This document shows, piece after piece, positions 13,527 to 27,165 of a stretch of 64,000 nucleotides of DNA. Numbering within the stretch: the stretch's first letter is position 1; the number at the start of each line of letters is the position of its first letter. The DNA lies in assembly GCF_006345805.1 (NCBI RefSeq), contig NC_043015.1, forward strand, positions 42,408,001-42,472,000, given 5' to 3'. A model generated the notes under the pieces. That model was not told the origin of the DNA and made no database searches. It saw only the letters and a list, made by a program, of their open reading frames with translations. A program made the position numbers and the translations under genes. Source of the stretch: Octopus sinensis (taxonomy: Eukaryota).

Positions 13527-13532
13527 ACTTAC

Positions 13533-13659
13533 CAGTATGCCAAACATAATGAACCCATACATAAGTGCTAGCAGCAAAGAAAAGCCACTGAACAGGTATG
13601 AAGAGATAGCAGATGACATCTGATGTGATAGCAATACAAACAAAAAATACAGAAAATGC
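13533..13659 (-). CDS. MACO1: Macoilin coding exon, 127 nt
   Basis: ttcag|GCA TTT...CAT ACT G|gtaagt; encodes AFSVFFVCIAITSDVICYLFIPVQWLFFAASTYVWVHYVWHT; phase 0 start matches the previous exon; the ORF track shows it in the wrong frame. Confidence 0.97.
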
Positions 13660-14987
13660 CTGAAAAAGAAAAAAAAAAGAAAGAAGTTAAATAGATTAAT
13701 AAAAAACACCAAAAACAAAGGGTTTGATCAATTTGAACCCTTTGTTATAGTATCTCTGTTGAATCAAGACACTTGCTTCAGTTTCAATTAAATTTTGTCA
13801 ATAATGAAATAATTAGTAAAATGGTTTTGACATTAATTTGATGTTTGGCATATAAGTCAACACGGGCACAGGCATGGCTGTGTGCTTATAAAGCTTGCTT
13901 TGCAACCATGTAGTTTCAGGTTCAATCCCACTGCACAGCACCTTGGACAAGTTTCTTTTAAAATAGCCCTGGGCTGACCACAGCCTTGAGAATGTATTTG
14001 GTAGATGGAAACAACGAAGAAACCCATCACATATCTATCTCTCTCTCTCTCTCATATATGTATGAGTGTGTGTGTGTGTGTGTTTATAAATAAATAAATA
14101 TATATATATATGTGGCCCTTGTGTTCTGTTCCTTGTCTCCCCACCACCATCACTTGATAACCGGTCTTGGTTTGTTTATGACCCCATAACTTAGTGTTTC
14201 GCAAAGGCAAACTGTTAGAACAATACTGGGGGTGATCTGTTCAACAAAACCCTTGAAGGCAGTGCTCCAGCATGGGCACAGTCCAAAGACTGAGGCAATC
14301 GAAAGGTAATGTGAAATTTTGATGGGAGCTAGCAATTTACATCGCTTAAAAAGAAGACCGTATCATGGAACCAAAAGCAGTCCCAGGCAGATTGGTATCA
14401 AAGGGGCTACGCATTTTATATACAAAGCATAAAACAGAAACAATATATTGATTCTCACACACACACACACAACAACAACATACCAATAATCAATGGTATT
14501 TTTTTTTTTGGTTTTAAGTTAGTCAAACAAAGAGGAGCAGTGCCAATTATCTTTGCAGGATCTTTGAGACTGGCGTAATTGATACAGCTGATGCCTAGCC
14601 AAAATTGATTACAGTTGCTGGTGGCCACTAAAGTCATTTATTAACAAATAATTTAGAATTGTAAATGTATTTGTAACAAGTGGAAATATTTGATTTTATG
14701 TTTTTTTGGGTTTTTTTTTTTTGTCAAATACTCAGAATAAATCTGTATAGAATGGTACATGGCAGACTAAATATATACAGCTATGACACGGAATAAACAT
14801 ATTTATACAAATTTATAGAACGAGTCAAATAGCTGGAGGGAAATTGTATTTAAGAAATAATAATTTCTCTATGCGCTATAGCCCCAATCAATCTAAGCCT
14901 GGAAACTGAATGTGTGTGTATGTATGTATACAAGAAACTGAATATGTGTGTGCAGATGTGCGTGTACACACACACACACAAAGACAT

Positions 14988-15286
14988 GTTTGTTTCTTCT
15001 CAAGCCATGCCTGGCTCATAAGGGCTGGTTTCCCGGTTTCTTGGCGTATAGGTTCCCCACCTGGATGGGACGCTGGTCCACCGTCGGTGAGCTGCAAGAT
15101 GCAGGAGGAAAGTGTGAGAGAAAGTTGTGGCGAAAGAGTCAGCAGAAGTTCACCGTTACCTTCTGCTGGAACCGCGTGGAGCTTAGGTGTTTCGCTCATA
15201 AACACACACATCATCCGATCTGAGATTCGAACCTGTGATCCCTCTACCACAAGTCCGCTGCTCTAACCACTAGGCCATGTGCCTCC
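14988..15286 (-). mobile_element. Family E tRNA-derived SINE
   Basis: ggaggcacatggcctagtggttagagc...ggttcgaatctc head; aaacaaac tail; also at 26371-26670(+) and 59938-60231(+). Confidence 0.85.
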
Positions 15287-15661
15287 ACTCAAAGACATAC
15301 ACACACATGACAGGTTACTTTCAGTTTCTGTTTACCAAATCCATGCATAAGGCTTCAATCAACCCAAGTCTATAGCAGAAGACATCTGGTTGAGGTGCCA
15401 TGTAGTTGAATTAGGACCAAAATTGAAACAACATGGTTTGGGAGAAAACTTTTTAACCACACTGACAAAATGTTCTACAATAAAGAGTATGAATACAAGG
15501 AAGATAAGAACAGGAGTACCAGCTGGCCCTTAAGCACACAACTCTCTGCTGCCACCGGTGTTGCAATCACTATCATATGTATCGTCAACAAGAGTACACC
15601 TTCCACATATATTAACCATATAACTAGCATACATCAAATTTTGAGCTTTTTTTTCTTGTAT

Positions 15662-16033
15662 ACTAGCACTATGACCTGGCAATGCCGGATCATAGTGCTA
15701 GTGCATGCATATACAGCTGCGTGCGTGTGCACATACACGCGAGTACTGTCCAAATCTCCGACCAGTCACATACAGCTAGCTGGCATTCAATTGGTGTATC
15801 AAGTTTCGGGCATTTTGATTGGGTTTTGGATAGAAAATCCACAAAAAAGTCACTTCTATTGATTTTCTAATGGCTTTGTGGGGTGACTGGGGAAATGTAA
15901 AGATGTGCACGACCATCCTTGGACGGTTTTGAATGACTATAGAAAGTGCGAGCCCTCTAACTGAAAAATTGTGGATTTGTATAAAGGACACACACACACA
16001 GACAGACATTTTGCAGTTTATATATAGAGAGAT
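15662..16033 (+). mobile_element. HINE-like element, second family
   Basis: Terminal hairpin actagcactatga...tcatagtgctagt; ends tatatatagagagat. Confidence 0.6.
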
Positions 16034-18099
16034 TTAAGTAAAAAGCCATCAATATATGGTAAAATGGCTGGCACTAGAAAGGGCATCCAGTTGTAGAAAC
16101 CATGCCAAAACAGAACAATGGAATCTGGACAGCTCCTGGCCCTGCCAGCTCCTGCCTTTGCCGGCTCCTGGCTTTGCTGGCTCCTGACAAACCTCCAATC
16201 TCAACCAGCACGGAAAACAGACATCAAACGATGACGATGATGATGATAATTTAACAATGTGCCTAAAAGCACAGGCATGGGTGTATGGTTAAGAAGTTTT
16301 CTTCTCAACCACAGAACTTACGGTTCAGTCCCATGCTGCAGCACCTTGGGTTAGTGTCTTTCTACTATAGCCCTGGGCTGACCAATGCCTTGTGAATGAA
16401 TTTGGTAGGTGGAAACCGCACTTCACATAGAAAGCCAGCAAGCCACAAGCAGTGATGCTTATTGTCATTTCCATATCAACAAAGACTGCCGGCTCTGTAT
16501 ACCTGAAGATGTGTGGAATAAGAGATCCCTTATTTGGAAAAGAAGGGTTAACAACAGGAAGAGTATCCAGCTGTAAAAACAATATCTCAACAACATGTAT
16601 TCATCTAACTCGCCTCACAGCACAGAAAAGCATGTAAAAATATTAAAAAATAATTTAATTAGTGAATTTACAATCTATAAGTTTGACAATTAAATTAAAT
16701 TTATTCATGTTACAACAATATCCATTTTTTACAATTTTAAACAAAGTGACATACGATACTCCAAGGAGGACTAGTATGAAATGCTAATGTGACGTCTACT
16801 TTTAGTGGCATTAAATGTCAAGTCAGATAATGGTACTAATTATAATAGTGCTTTTAACACGAAACTCATTAACAATAGAAAAGGGGTAAAACAGACAGAA
16901 ATTAATTAGGTGATGCATTATACACCATATGTTGCATAATCTACTGTTGCAGGCATATATGTATGTGTATATGTGTTATATGCATGTATATTTATTGTTG
17001 GGAGTAAAAGAATACTGCGAAGGTGCATGGCTCAGCGGTTAGAGTGTCCAGCTTATGAGCGTGAGGTTGTGAGTTCGATTCCCGGACCGGGCTGCATGTT
17101 GTGTTCTTGAGCAAGACACTTTATATTTCACGTTGCTCCAGTTGGCTCCAGTTGCGACGTCACTGGTGCCAAGCTGTATTGGTCTCTTTGTCCTTCCCTT
17201 GGATAATATTAAGTTCTCACATGTTATGTAATGGAGAGGGAGAGTGAGGAAGGAAGAGAAGGAGAAAGAGAGAAAGGGAGAGCGCGCTGGGCGAAATGCT
17301 TAGCGGTATTTCGTCTGTCGTTACGTTCTGAGTCCAAATTCCGCCGAGGTCGACTTTGCCTTTCATCCTTTTGGGGTCGATAAATAAAGTACCAGTTATG
17401 CACTGGGGTTGATGTAATCGACTTAATCTGTTTGTCTATCCTTGTTTGTCCCCTCTATGTTTAGCCCCTTGTGGGTAGTAAAGAAATAAATATAGATGAC
17501 AATGAAGGAGAGAGAAAGAAAGGAGGAAGGAGGCAAACTAGGAGGGAGATAGGGGAAGGAAGATGGAGGAGGGAGATGGGGAAAGAGATGAGTGGGGGTG
17601 GAGGGCAAGAGGGAAAAAGGGAAAGGGAGAAGAGAAAGAACTGAACCCATCCAGTTTGGTGGCTATCTACAAGTATTGTTGTCAAATTGTAATATTTGAC
17701 ATGAATGAGTGAACCCCTATGTGGTTGGTTGATCTGCTAGTAATAAACCCAAATCTCAATCGATCAAACTACACACCCCATTGTCTTAACAGGCGATGTG
17801 TCCACAGATCCACTAAACCTGAAGAAAAAACAGGAAGCTTCGTGGTTGGAATACTTTGATCATAAACCCCCTTTGATCAGGTTTAACCTGGTGTGAGGAG
17901 ATAAAACAGCAGTAACAACAACAGCAACAACTGGAGACAAATGAATTACTGCTTAAAATGTCATAAAGACGAACACAAATTTTGTTTGCAAAGATATGGA
18001 TTATCTCAGCTATATTATTAGTGCATCTGGCTAAACGATTATCTTGGAAAAATTCCGGTGCTATTAAAAAAAAATTACCAATTCCAAAATATGCAAATG

Positions 18100-19100
18100 A
18101 AAAATTAGCATTTGTTGCAAAATTTAGACGTTAACACACATTCATTAAGAACATGGTAACCGTTACTGCACTGCCATATAATTAATCAAAAAGGACTGTA
18201 CTGCCCAAAATATTAGCATTCAAAAATCAGATGTTATAAATTCATTAAGCATATAGTAGATTTTATCATGTAATTAAATGAAAAGGATTGTATTGCCTAA
18301 AATGTTAGCATTTCTTTCAAAAATTCAATGTTATACAGTCATTAAAAATATAACAGATCTTATCATGCTGTCAAATAATTAAATGAAAAGGATTTTATCG
18401 CCTGAAATATTAGCATTTCAAAAGTCAGATGTTATACATTCATTAACAACAAAGCAGACCTCATTATGCTGCCATATAACTAAATGAAAAGGACCATATT
18501 GCCTTAAATACTCTTTTACTCTTCTACTTATTTCAGTCATTTGACCGTGGCCATGCTGGAGCACTGCCTTTAGTCAAGCAAATCGACCCCAGGACTTATT
18601 CTTTGTAAGCCTAGTACTTATTATATCAGTCTCTTTTGCTGAACCGCTAAGTTACAGGGATATAAATACACCAGCATCCATTGTCAAGCGATGTTGGGGG
18701 GACAAACACAGGCACACAAACATATACATATATACGATGGGCTTCTTTCAGTTTCCGTCAACCAAATCCACTCATAAGGCTTTGGTCGGCCCGAGGCTAT
18801 AGTAGAAGACACTTGCCCAAGGTGTCACACAGTGGGACTGAACCCGGAACAATGTGGTTCGTAAGCAAGCTACTTACCACACAGCCACTCCTATGCCTAT
18901 TAGCATTTGTTCCAAAAGTCAGATGTTATCGTACAATCATTAAGAACATGCTAAGCCTTCTTGCACAGCCACACAATGAAATGGAAAATAACGTAATCAT
19001 TCATTTCAAAATTCAGGTGTTATCATACAACAAGATCCCGGTAGTCCTTACTGTGTTGCTATATAATCAAATGAAAAGGTAGATACCATCCAAATAGTTA
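18100..19100. repeat. Diverged tandem repeat of about 100 bp, about 6 copies, split by a SINE
   Basis: ttagcattt...cagatgttata...cattaa...aaatgaaaagga recurs at about 18105, 18211, 18303, 18409, 18899, 19003. Confidence 0.75.
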
Positions 19101-21045
19101 GATGATTATCGAGAAAGTTGCGAGGAGTTGAAACTAGGGATTAAGGCCACAGAGTATGTGCATCCCAATGAAATTTTGCCGTTAACTTTTGCTGTAGATG
19201 TATTGCCAAACAGTATTGGAGCGGTTCTGTCACAATGTGGAAATGGTGTCTACCATCCAATGGCTCAAACGGCTAAAACACAAGGCATTGGTTGGCCCGG
19301 GGCTATAGCAGAAGACACTTGCCCAAGATGCCACGCAGTGGGACTGAACCCGGAACCATGTGGTTGGTTAGCAAGCTACTTACCACACAGCCACTCCTGC
19401 ACCTATATATATATATATATACATATATACGTCAGGCTTCTTTCAGTTTCCGTCTACCAAATCCACTCACAAGGCATTGGTTGGCCCGGGGCTATAGCAG
19501 AAGACACTTGCCCAAGATGCCACGCAGTGGGACTGAACCCGGAACCATGTGGTTGGTTAGCAAGCTACTTACCACACAGCCACTCCTGCACCTATACACA
19601 TTAAGGGTGATATTTGCAAATAGATAAAAGAGAAATTATTTATAATATTCCATCTTCATTAGTTTAATTAATCAATTTCTACATATGAATGACATTTTGA
19701 ATTAACCACCACCAACCATCATCGTCATCATCATCATCGTTTAACGTCCGCTTTCCATGCTAGCATGGGTTGGATGATTTTGACTGAGGGCTGGCGAACC
19801 AGATGGCTGCACCAAGCTCCAGTCTTGATCTGGCAGAGTTTCTACAGCTTGATGCCCTTCCTAATGCCAACCACTCCGAGAGTGTAGTGGGTGCTTTTTA
19901 CGTGCCACCAGCATGGGGGCCAGTCAGGCGGTACTGGCAATGACCTCATTCGAATCCTTTTACACATGCCAGTAAGGCAACGTTGGTAACGATCATGCTC
20001 GAATGGTGCCCTTTTATGTGCCACGGCATGGGGGCCAGTCAGGCGATACTGGCAACGGCCTCGCTCAAATCCTTTTACACATGTCACCGGCACAGGTGCA
20101 AGTAAGGCGACATTGGTAATGATCACGCTCAAATGGTGCCCTTTTACGTGCCACCGGCATGGAAGCCTGCTAATTTACATATTGTCACCGAATAATAAAA
20201 ATATATACAAGTATTTAGATCTCAGCAGCTGCAATATTGGATGTTATAAGGGGTTTAGGGGTGGCTGTTGTATGACACAGTATGACAAGATGCTTTGAAG
20301 CAACACAAAAATGTTGATGAATTATCAAGATTGCTGACTGGACTTGATTATGATTTTGACAATGATCGTAAAAATCGTTTTCTATATAAGATTTTAAAAA
20401 AATACATCAAATTATTGATGAAAGTCTTCAGGGAAAGCCAGACGTCACTAAAGAAACTGAATCAGTCATGAAGTCCGATGTCAATATTCTTTGAATTAGA
20501 CAATTTATTGATAATGGTTGGCCAGAAAAGAAAAAAAAAAAAAACAACAACCCCAAAACAAAACAAAACAAAAGACAATTATATAATAAATGAGAAACAA
20601 CTGCGAGAGCATTGGATAAAATGTGAGGCAATTAATTACCAAACGAATTTATTAATCTTGCAGTACAGTTTTCCTAGAGTAATTATTCTGCAAGTATTAC
20701 GAAATAAATTTTGACCCGTCCGCATAAAGGCCACCGAGGCATGGCCTGGAGGAAACAAAACGAGTCGTAGAAACTGTAGATACGACAACCGACCGAAAAT
20801 ACAGTTTGATAGAGTTGCAATAATCAAATCATGTCCAGCATACCAATCAATTGCAAATTTGCTTGATAAACATTACAAGGAATAGTCGAAACCAGCTGGA
20901 CCATAGAAGCAAATTGATATCGACTATACTGGACCATTCTGCGATAAAATGTTCTTTATTGCCATTGATTTATTTCTTGAAATTTCCATATGTTGCTTTA
21001 GCAACATAAACTGCTAATAAAACACTGGCGGTACTCTTCGTTCCA
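19080..21045 (+). mobile_element. Ty3/Gypsy pol fossil (RNase H to integrase), interrupted by SINEs
   Basis: LPLTFAVDVLPNSIGAVLSQ; HFELTT; QLQYWML; HKNVDELSRL; IRQFIDNGWPEK; RVII; PHKGHRGM; KSCPAYQ; IDIDYTGPFCDKMFFIAID, in canonical order with stops and frameshifts. Confidence 0.9.
19717..20165 (-). mobile_element. Family D copy inserted in the Gypsy remnant
   Basis: catcatcgtttaacgtccgctttccatgc...; Gypsy coding remnant resumes after it. Confidence 0.85.
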
Positions 21046-21639
21046 GCCACTCCTACCAACCCCCTTATATAACATGGTGGGCACCCTTGTATCCCCCCTG
21101 TAGCAAGACATCTGGTCTTGTCCTTCTCTCACACTTCAGCTTGCCAATCCCTGGCATAGAACCATCACTCAAATAGCTATTTCTTTATTACCCACAAGGG
21201 GCTAAACACAGATGGGACAAACAACGACAGACAAAGGGATTAAGTCGATTACATCGACCCCAGTGTGTAACTGGTACTTAATTTATCGACCCCGAAAGGA
21301 TGAAAGGCAAAGTCGACCTCGGCGGAATTTGAACTCAGAACGTAATGGCAGACGAAATACGGCTACGCATTCCGCCTGGCATGCTAACGTTTCTGCCACC
21401 TTGCCGCCATCACTCAAATAGCACTGCCACTACCAATTTAGATGAGGTGGTTTTTACTCTTTCTGGTTAAGAAAAAGCTATCTGTACATTCTGTGAAGTG
21501 TCTGGTGTTAGGAAAGGCATCCAGCCATAGAAACAGTGCCAAAGCGGACATTGGAGCTCAATGCAGCCCCTTGACTCACTGGACCCTATTAAACCAGCCA
21601 GCCCATGCCAGCATGGAAAACCAGCATTAACCCTTTCAC

Positions 21640-22000
21640 ACACACACACACACGAGTGACTGCTTTCTTGTTTATGAGCAAAGCCATTGCTGGAAATAAT
21701 CGCTGAAATGAGCCATTGTCGATGCAATGTGAGGCCCTTTCATGACTCTTGAGCCCTGCCAAAGGTTTGCACATTTTATATTGCATAATGCACAGCTGTT
21801 TTGGCTCGCTGAAGGAACAGGTGCCATAGTATGAAGTCTTTTGACATGCCCTTTTTAATCCTCCAACTGAACAGCATACCTTTCCACATGTGGCACACGT
21901 TCTGCTATGAACAATAGCTACATCACAATTAACAAGGAATTGATTTTGCTGTGACTTCTCGGATGGCTGACCAGGCCTGCGTGACTCAAGCATGTCCTCC
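21640..22000 (-). mobile_element. LINE ORF2 C-terminal remnant with two C2H2-like fingers
   Basis: TCATCGKVCCSVGGLKR and (C)..YKMCKPLAGLKSHER, like the CxxCxxxxxSxxGLxSH finger at RTE-type ORF2 ends; (GT)n tail. Confidence 0.65.
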
Positions 22001-23510
22001 AAGAAATCACACATGTAAAAAAAAAACACTCCTTCATTTACTATTCATACATACATACATATAAACAACAGGCTTCTTTCAGTTTCCGTCTACCAGATCC
22101 ACTCACAAGGCTTTAAAAGACACATGCCCAAGGTGCCACACAGCAGGACTGAACCCAAGACCACATGGTTGTAAGACAAGCTTCTTAACCACATAGCCAA
22201 GCCTCCACCTATATCTTTATTACCCACAAGGGGCAAAACATAGAGGGGACAAACAAGGACAGACATAGGTATTAAGTCGATTACATCGACCCCAGAGCGT
22301 AACTGGTACTTAATTTATCGACCCCGAAAGGATGAAAGGCAAAGTCGACCTCGGCGGAATTTGAACTCACAACGTAACGGCAGACGAAATACCGCTAAGC
22401 ATTTCACCCGGCGTGCTAACATTTCTGCCAGCTCGCCGCCTATCACATACAAATATATAGAAAAAAAAAATTTTTTTAAAACCAACCGTTTACTGGTTCT
22501 AAATTGAAATATTTTATCCCTGACAGGGAAACTCAATTTACATCCCCTAAATTTTAAGTGCCTATTTGGTTGTAAAATAATTTTATTTTGCAACCGAATG
22601 GGTATTCAGCATTTGATGTCACCTGCTTCCTCGTTCATTTTCAATCAATGAAGGAGAGCTCTTTGATCAAACCAAATGCTCAAGCATAAAAGTCATTCAT
22701 TGGTGGATGGCCAATCAAATTCTTTTTAAATCTCATATTGGTTTAAACCAATTCCAGCACTGAACGGGAAATCACTAGAGAAAAAAATACTTCATGGCTG
22801 ACAGCTATGAATGATTATGTCCTTATTAATGGCGCCAATCCACAATCAGATGGAGGGCCAGCAGAAAAACACTTCTAATAAACTGCAAGGTAAGAAGCTT
22901 GCATTCCAGCCATGTGGTTCCAGGATCTGTCCCATGGTGTGGCACCTTGGGCAAGTGTCTCCTACCATAGCCTCGGGCCATCTAAATCTTTGTGAGTGGA
23001 TTTGGTAGATGGAAACTGAAAGAAGCCCACCGTGTGTATATATATGTGTGTGTATGTGTATATGTATTCATGTATGTGTCTTTGTGTTTGTATCCCCGCC
23101 ATTGCTTGACAACCGACGTTGGTGTGTTTATGTCCCCTAACTTAGTGGTTCAGCAAAAGAGACTGATAGAATAAAAACTAGGCTTACAAAGAATAAATAC
23201 TGGGGTTGAGTTGTTTGACTAAAAAACCCCTAGCTGAACAAATCGACCTAAGAGCTTTTTATTCTTAAGCTGGTACTTATTACATCAGTCTCTTTTAACT
23301 GAACCACTAAGTTACAGAGTTGTAAATGCACCAACACCAGCTGTCAAGTGGTGATAAGGAACAAGTACAAACACACACAGATATGTACACACACACACAC
23401 ACATATATACAAACACACACATAGATATATACAATTACACATACACAAACACACACACATATATATATACACACATATATATATATACACACATATATAT
23501 ATATACACAC

Positions 23511-23569
<59 letters not shown>

Positions 23570-24251
23570 AGCATAGATATATACAATTACACACACAAAT
23601 ATATACATACACACGCACAGATGTATATACATACGCGCGCGCGCACACACACACACACACAGATACACACACATAGCAGGCTTCTTTCAGTTTCCCTTTA
23701 CCAAATCCCCTCACAAGGCTTTGGTCAGCCTGAGGCTATAGTAGAAGACACTTGTCCAAGGTGGCAGGCAGTGGGATTGAACCTGGAACCATGTGACTGA
23801 GACACAAACGTCTTACCACACAGACACGACCGCTATATTATCTTTTCACTGTACGTCAATCATTGTAATTTATCATCAGATTGAAATAGGTTGCAGCCAT
23901 TACAGCATCCAATAATCCAATTATTGCTACGGCTTATTTTTGTAATGACTTATCCAATCTTATCGGCCCAAACTGTTGAAGTGAGGTCTAATGCATTTCA
24001 TATAACACATTCTATTTTGGATACACACATGCAGACAAGTATACTCTCTCTCTATCTACTCTTTTACTTGTTTCAGTCATTTGACTGCGGCCATGCCGGA
24101 GCACCGCCTTTAGTCGAGCAAATCGACTCCGGGATTTATTCTTTGTAAGCCCAGTACTTATTCTATCGGTCCATTTTGCCGAACCGCTAAGTGACGGGGA
24201 CGTAAACACACCAACATCGGTTGTCAAGCAATGTTGGAGGGACAAACACAG

Positions 24252-24286
<35 letters not shown>

Positions 24287-24490
24287 CAAATATACGACAG
24301 GCTTCTTTCAGTTTCCGTCTACCAAATCCACTCAGAAGGCATTGGTTGGCCCAAGGCTATAGCAGAAGACACTTGCCCGAGATGCCACACAGTGGGACTG
24401 AACCCGAACCATGTGGTTGGTAAGCAAGCTACTTACCACACAGCAACTCCTGCGCCATGATTTTTTTTTTTTGTTGCATGTCGTCGTGGC

Positions 24491-24866
24491 ACTCCGCCAG
24501 TTACGATGACGAGGGTTCCAGTTGATCCGATCAACAGAACAGCCTGCTCATGAAATTAACGTATAAAGTGGCTGAGCACTCCACAAACCCATGCACCCTT
24601 AACGTAGTTCTTGGGAAGATCCTGCGTGACACAGAGTGTGACAAAGCTGGCCATTTGAAATACAGGTACAACAGAAACAGGAAGAAAGAGAGAGAGAAAT
24701 TTGTGGCTAAAGAGTACAGCAGGGTTCGCCACCAGCCCCTGCTGGAGCCTTGTGGAACTTTAGGTGTTTTCGATCAATAAACACTCACAACGCCCGGTCT
24801 GGGAATCGAAACCATGATCCTACGACTGCAAGTCTGCTGCCCTAACCACTGGGCCATAGTGTCTCC
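24491..24866 (-). mobile_element. Family H SINE (E-like head, different body)
   Basis: ggagacactatggcccagtggttagggc head, gaaaacacctaaag box. Confidence 0.75.
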
Positions 24867-27130
24867 ACTGTTGCATGTATTGCAAGCACATCTTTGGCAC
24901 ATGTATAACATACATCCATCAGCAGCAGCAGCAAACCCCTTTGAGTCATGAATGACTATGGGTTTGCACCGAGAGAGTTACCCTCCGAGGTACAAGTTTG
25001 GGCAAGGTTTGTTTTATGGAAGATCAGCAGTCGCTCATGCATACGAGCCTCACCTCTCCAAGCCAGCAATGTCATGCAAGGGAAAGGCAACGGCCAATGC
25101 ATCTTGGCACCAGGGATGTTGCAACTCAATTCTACAGCTGAGTGGACTGAAGAAACATGAAATAAAGTGTCTTCTCAAGAACAATACACAGAAACCAGTC
25201 TAGGAATTGAACTCACGTCCTCATGATTGAACCCAACGCTCTAACTACTGAACCATCATCATTATCATCATGCTCTAGCATCTGCTCTGGCATGATTTCT
25301 ACAGCTAGATGCCCTTCCTAACATGAACCACTTAACAGAATGTACCGGGTGCATTTTACATGCCACCAGCACCAGTGGGGTCACCATGCTGCTTATAAGA
25401 CTACAAACCCTCAGCGGGGAGGGAAAACTTGATGCTAGGAGAATAAAGAGTAGAGAGGGGTAAAGTATGAGAGAAAAGGGCCAGGAGCTGGCAGAACAGG
25501 TTTCTTCCTGTACAGGATTGACGTGAATACTCACATTTTAGAAGACAGGGGAGAGTGGGAAAGTGATGTAAGTGGTGATGAGATGTCAGAGAGGATCTTC
25601 AAGGTACAAGGTGGGTAGGAATACGTGGTGCAGGGGTGCCAGGTGTGAGTTTATGTGTGGGGAGAGTAGGGGATGTCAGGCAACGCAGGGCAGAAGAATA
25701 AAAATGCTATATATATATGCACTCCACTACTAAATAACAACCCTACCATTAGAAAATAATTTAGGACAATCCTTGCATATGCAGCAGTACTATAAGGGTT
25801 TTTTTTCTATACTGAATGTCATATTCCAGGAGTGAATATTAACTCCTAAAAGAAATATATTTCTTTACTACCCACAAGGGGCTAAACACAGAGGGGACAA
25901 ACAAGGACAGGCATAGGTATTAAGTCGATTACATCAACCCCAGTGCGTAACTGGTACTTAATTTATCGACCCCGAAAGGATGAAAGGCAAAGTCGACCTC
26001 GGCGGAATTTGAACCCAGAACGTAGTGGCAGAATAAATACGGCTATGCATTTTGCCCGGCGTGCTAACCTTTCTGCCAGCTCGCCGCCTTGAAGCCTCCA
26101 CACATTATTGCTATATTGCTATATTGCTATATCTAAAAACTATGCTATGTAAGGGTCCAAAACTGGAGTTTTCTTGTGTCCTCATTGTTTTAATGTCCAT
26201 TTTTCCATGCTTGCAGGGGCCAGATGGAATTTGTTGAGGCAAATTCTTTAATGGCTTGATGCCTTTTCCTATTATCAACCCTCAGCTGTTTCCAAGTGAG
26301 GTCATATTTCTCCAGTACCTCGCTGCTTGCATGACGATGACACTTTCTTGCAACTATCGCATAATGTAGTGGAGGCACATAGCCTAGTGGTTAGAGCAGC
26401 AGATTCGCAGTCAAGAGATCGTGGGTTTGAATCTCAGACCGGGCGATGTGTGTGTTTATGAGCGAAACACCTAAGCTCCACGCGGCTCCGGCAGAAGCTA
26501 ATGGCGAACTTCTGCTGACTCTTTTGCCACAACTTTCCCTCACTCTTTCCTCCTGCATCTTGCAGCTCACCTGCGACGGACCGGCATCCTGTCCAGGTGG
26601 GGAACCTATAACCAAGTAAACTGGGAAACCGGCCCTTATGAGCCAGGCGTGGTTCAAAAAGGAACAAACATCGTATAATGTCAGGGCAAGGTGACAGTAA
26701 CGCACACGCACACAAATGTGTACATGTTGGTGCTAATGTCACATAAGCATTCAGCACACTCTTGGTTGGGGTCAGGAAGCACATCCAGTTGTAGAGACCC
26801 TGCCAAAACAGGCAATGGAGCCTGGTGTAACTCCTGGCCTCACCTGCTCCTGCAAAACCGTCCAACCCATACCAGCATGGAAAACAGACATTAAGGGATG
26901 ATATTCTTTTATTCTTTTGCTTGTTTCAGTCATCTGACTGTGGCCATGCTAGAGCACCACCTTGAAGTGTTTTTGTCAAACAGTTCGACCTCGGGACTTA
27001 TTAAAGTCCATTACTTATTCTATCAGTCTCTTTGCTGAACTGCTAAGTTACAGGGGGACATAAACACACCAACACCGGTTGTCAAGTGATGATGGGGAAC
27101 AAATACAGACATAAAGATACAAACACTCAG

Positions 27131-27164
<34 letters not shown>

Positions 27165-27165
<1 letters not shown>

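Noticed and set aside
13485-13718. ORF-track peptide MSSAISSYLFSGFSLLL
   Set aside because: Wrong frame of the real macoilin exon
25400-25700. Possible Penelope GIY-YIG remnant
   Set aside because: No convincing motif in any frame
26371-26450. tRNA genes at SINE heads (also 17021, 36916, 59938)
   Set aside because: A/B boxes present, but no complete cloverleaf was evident and each continues into a SINE body
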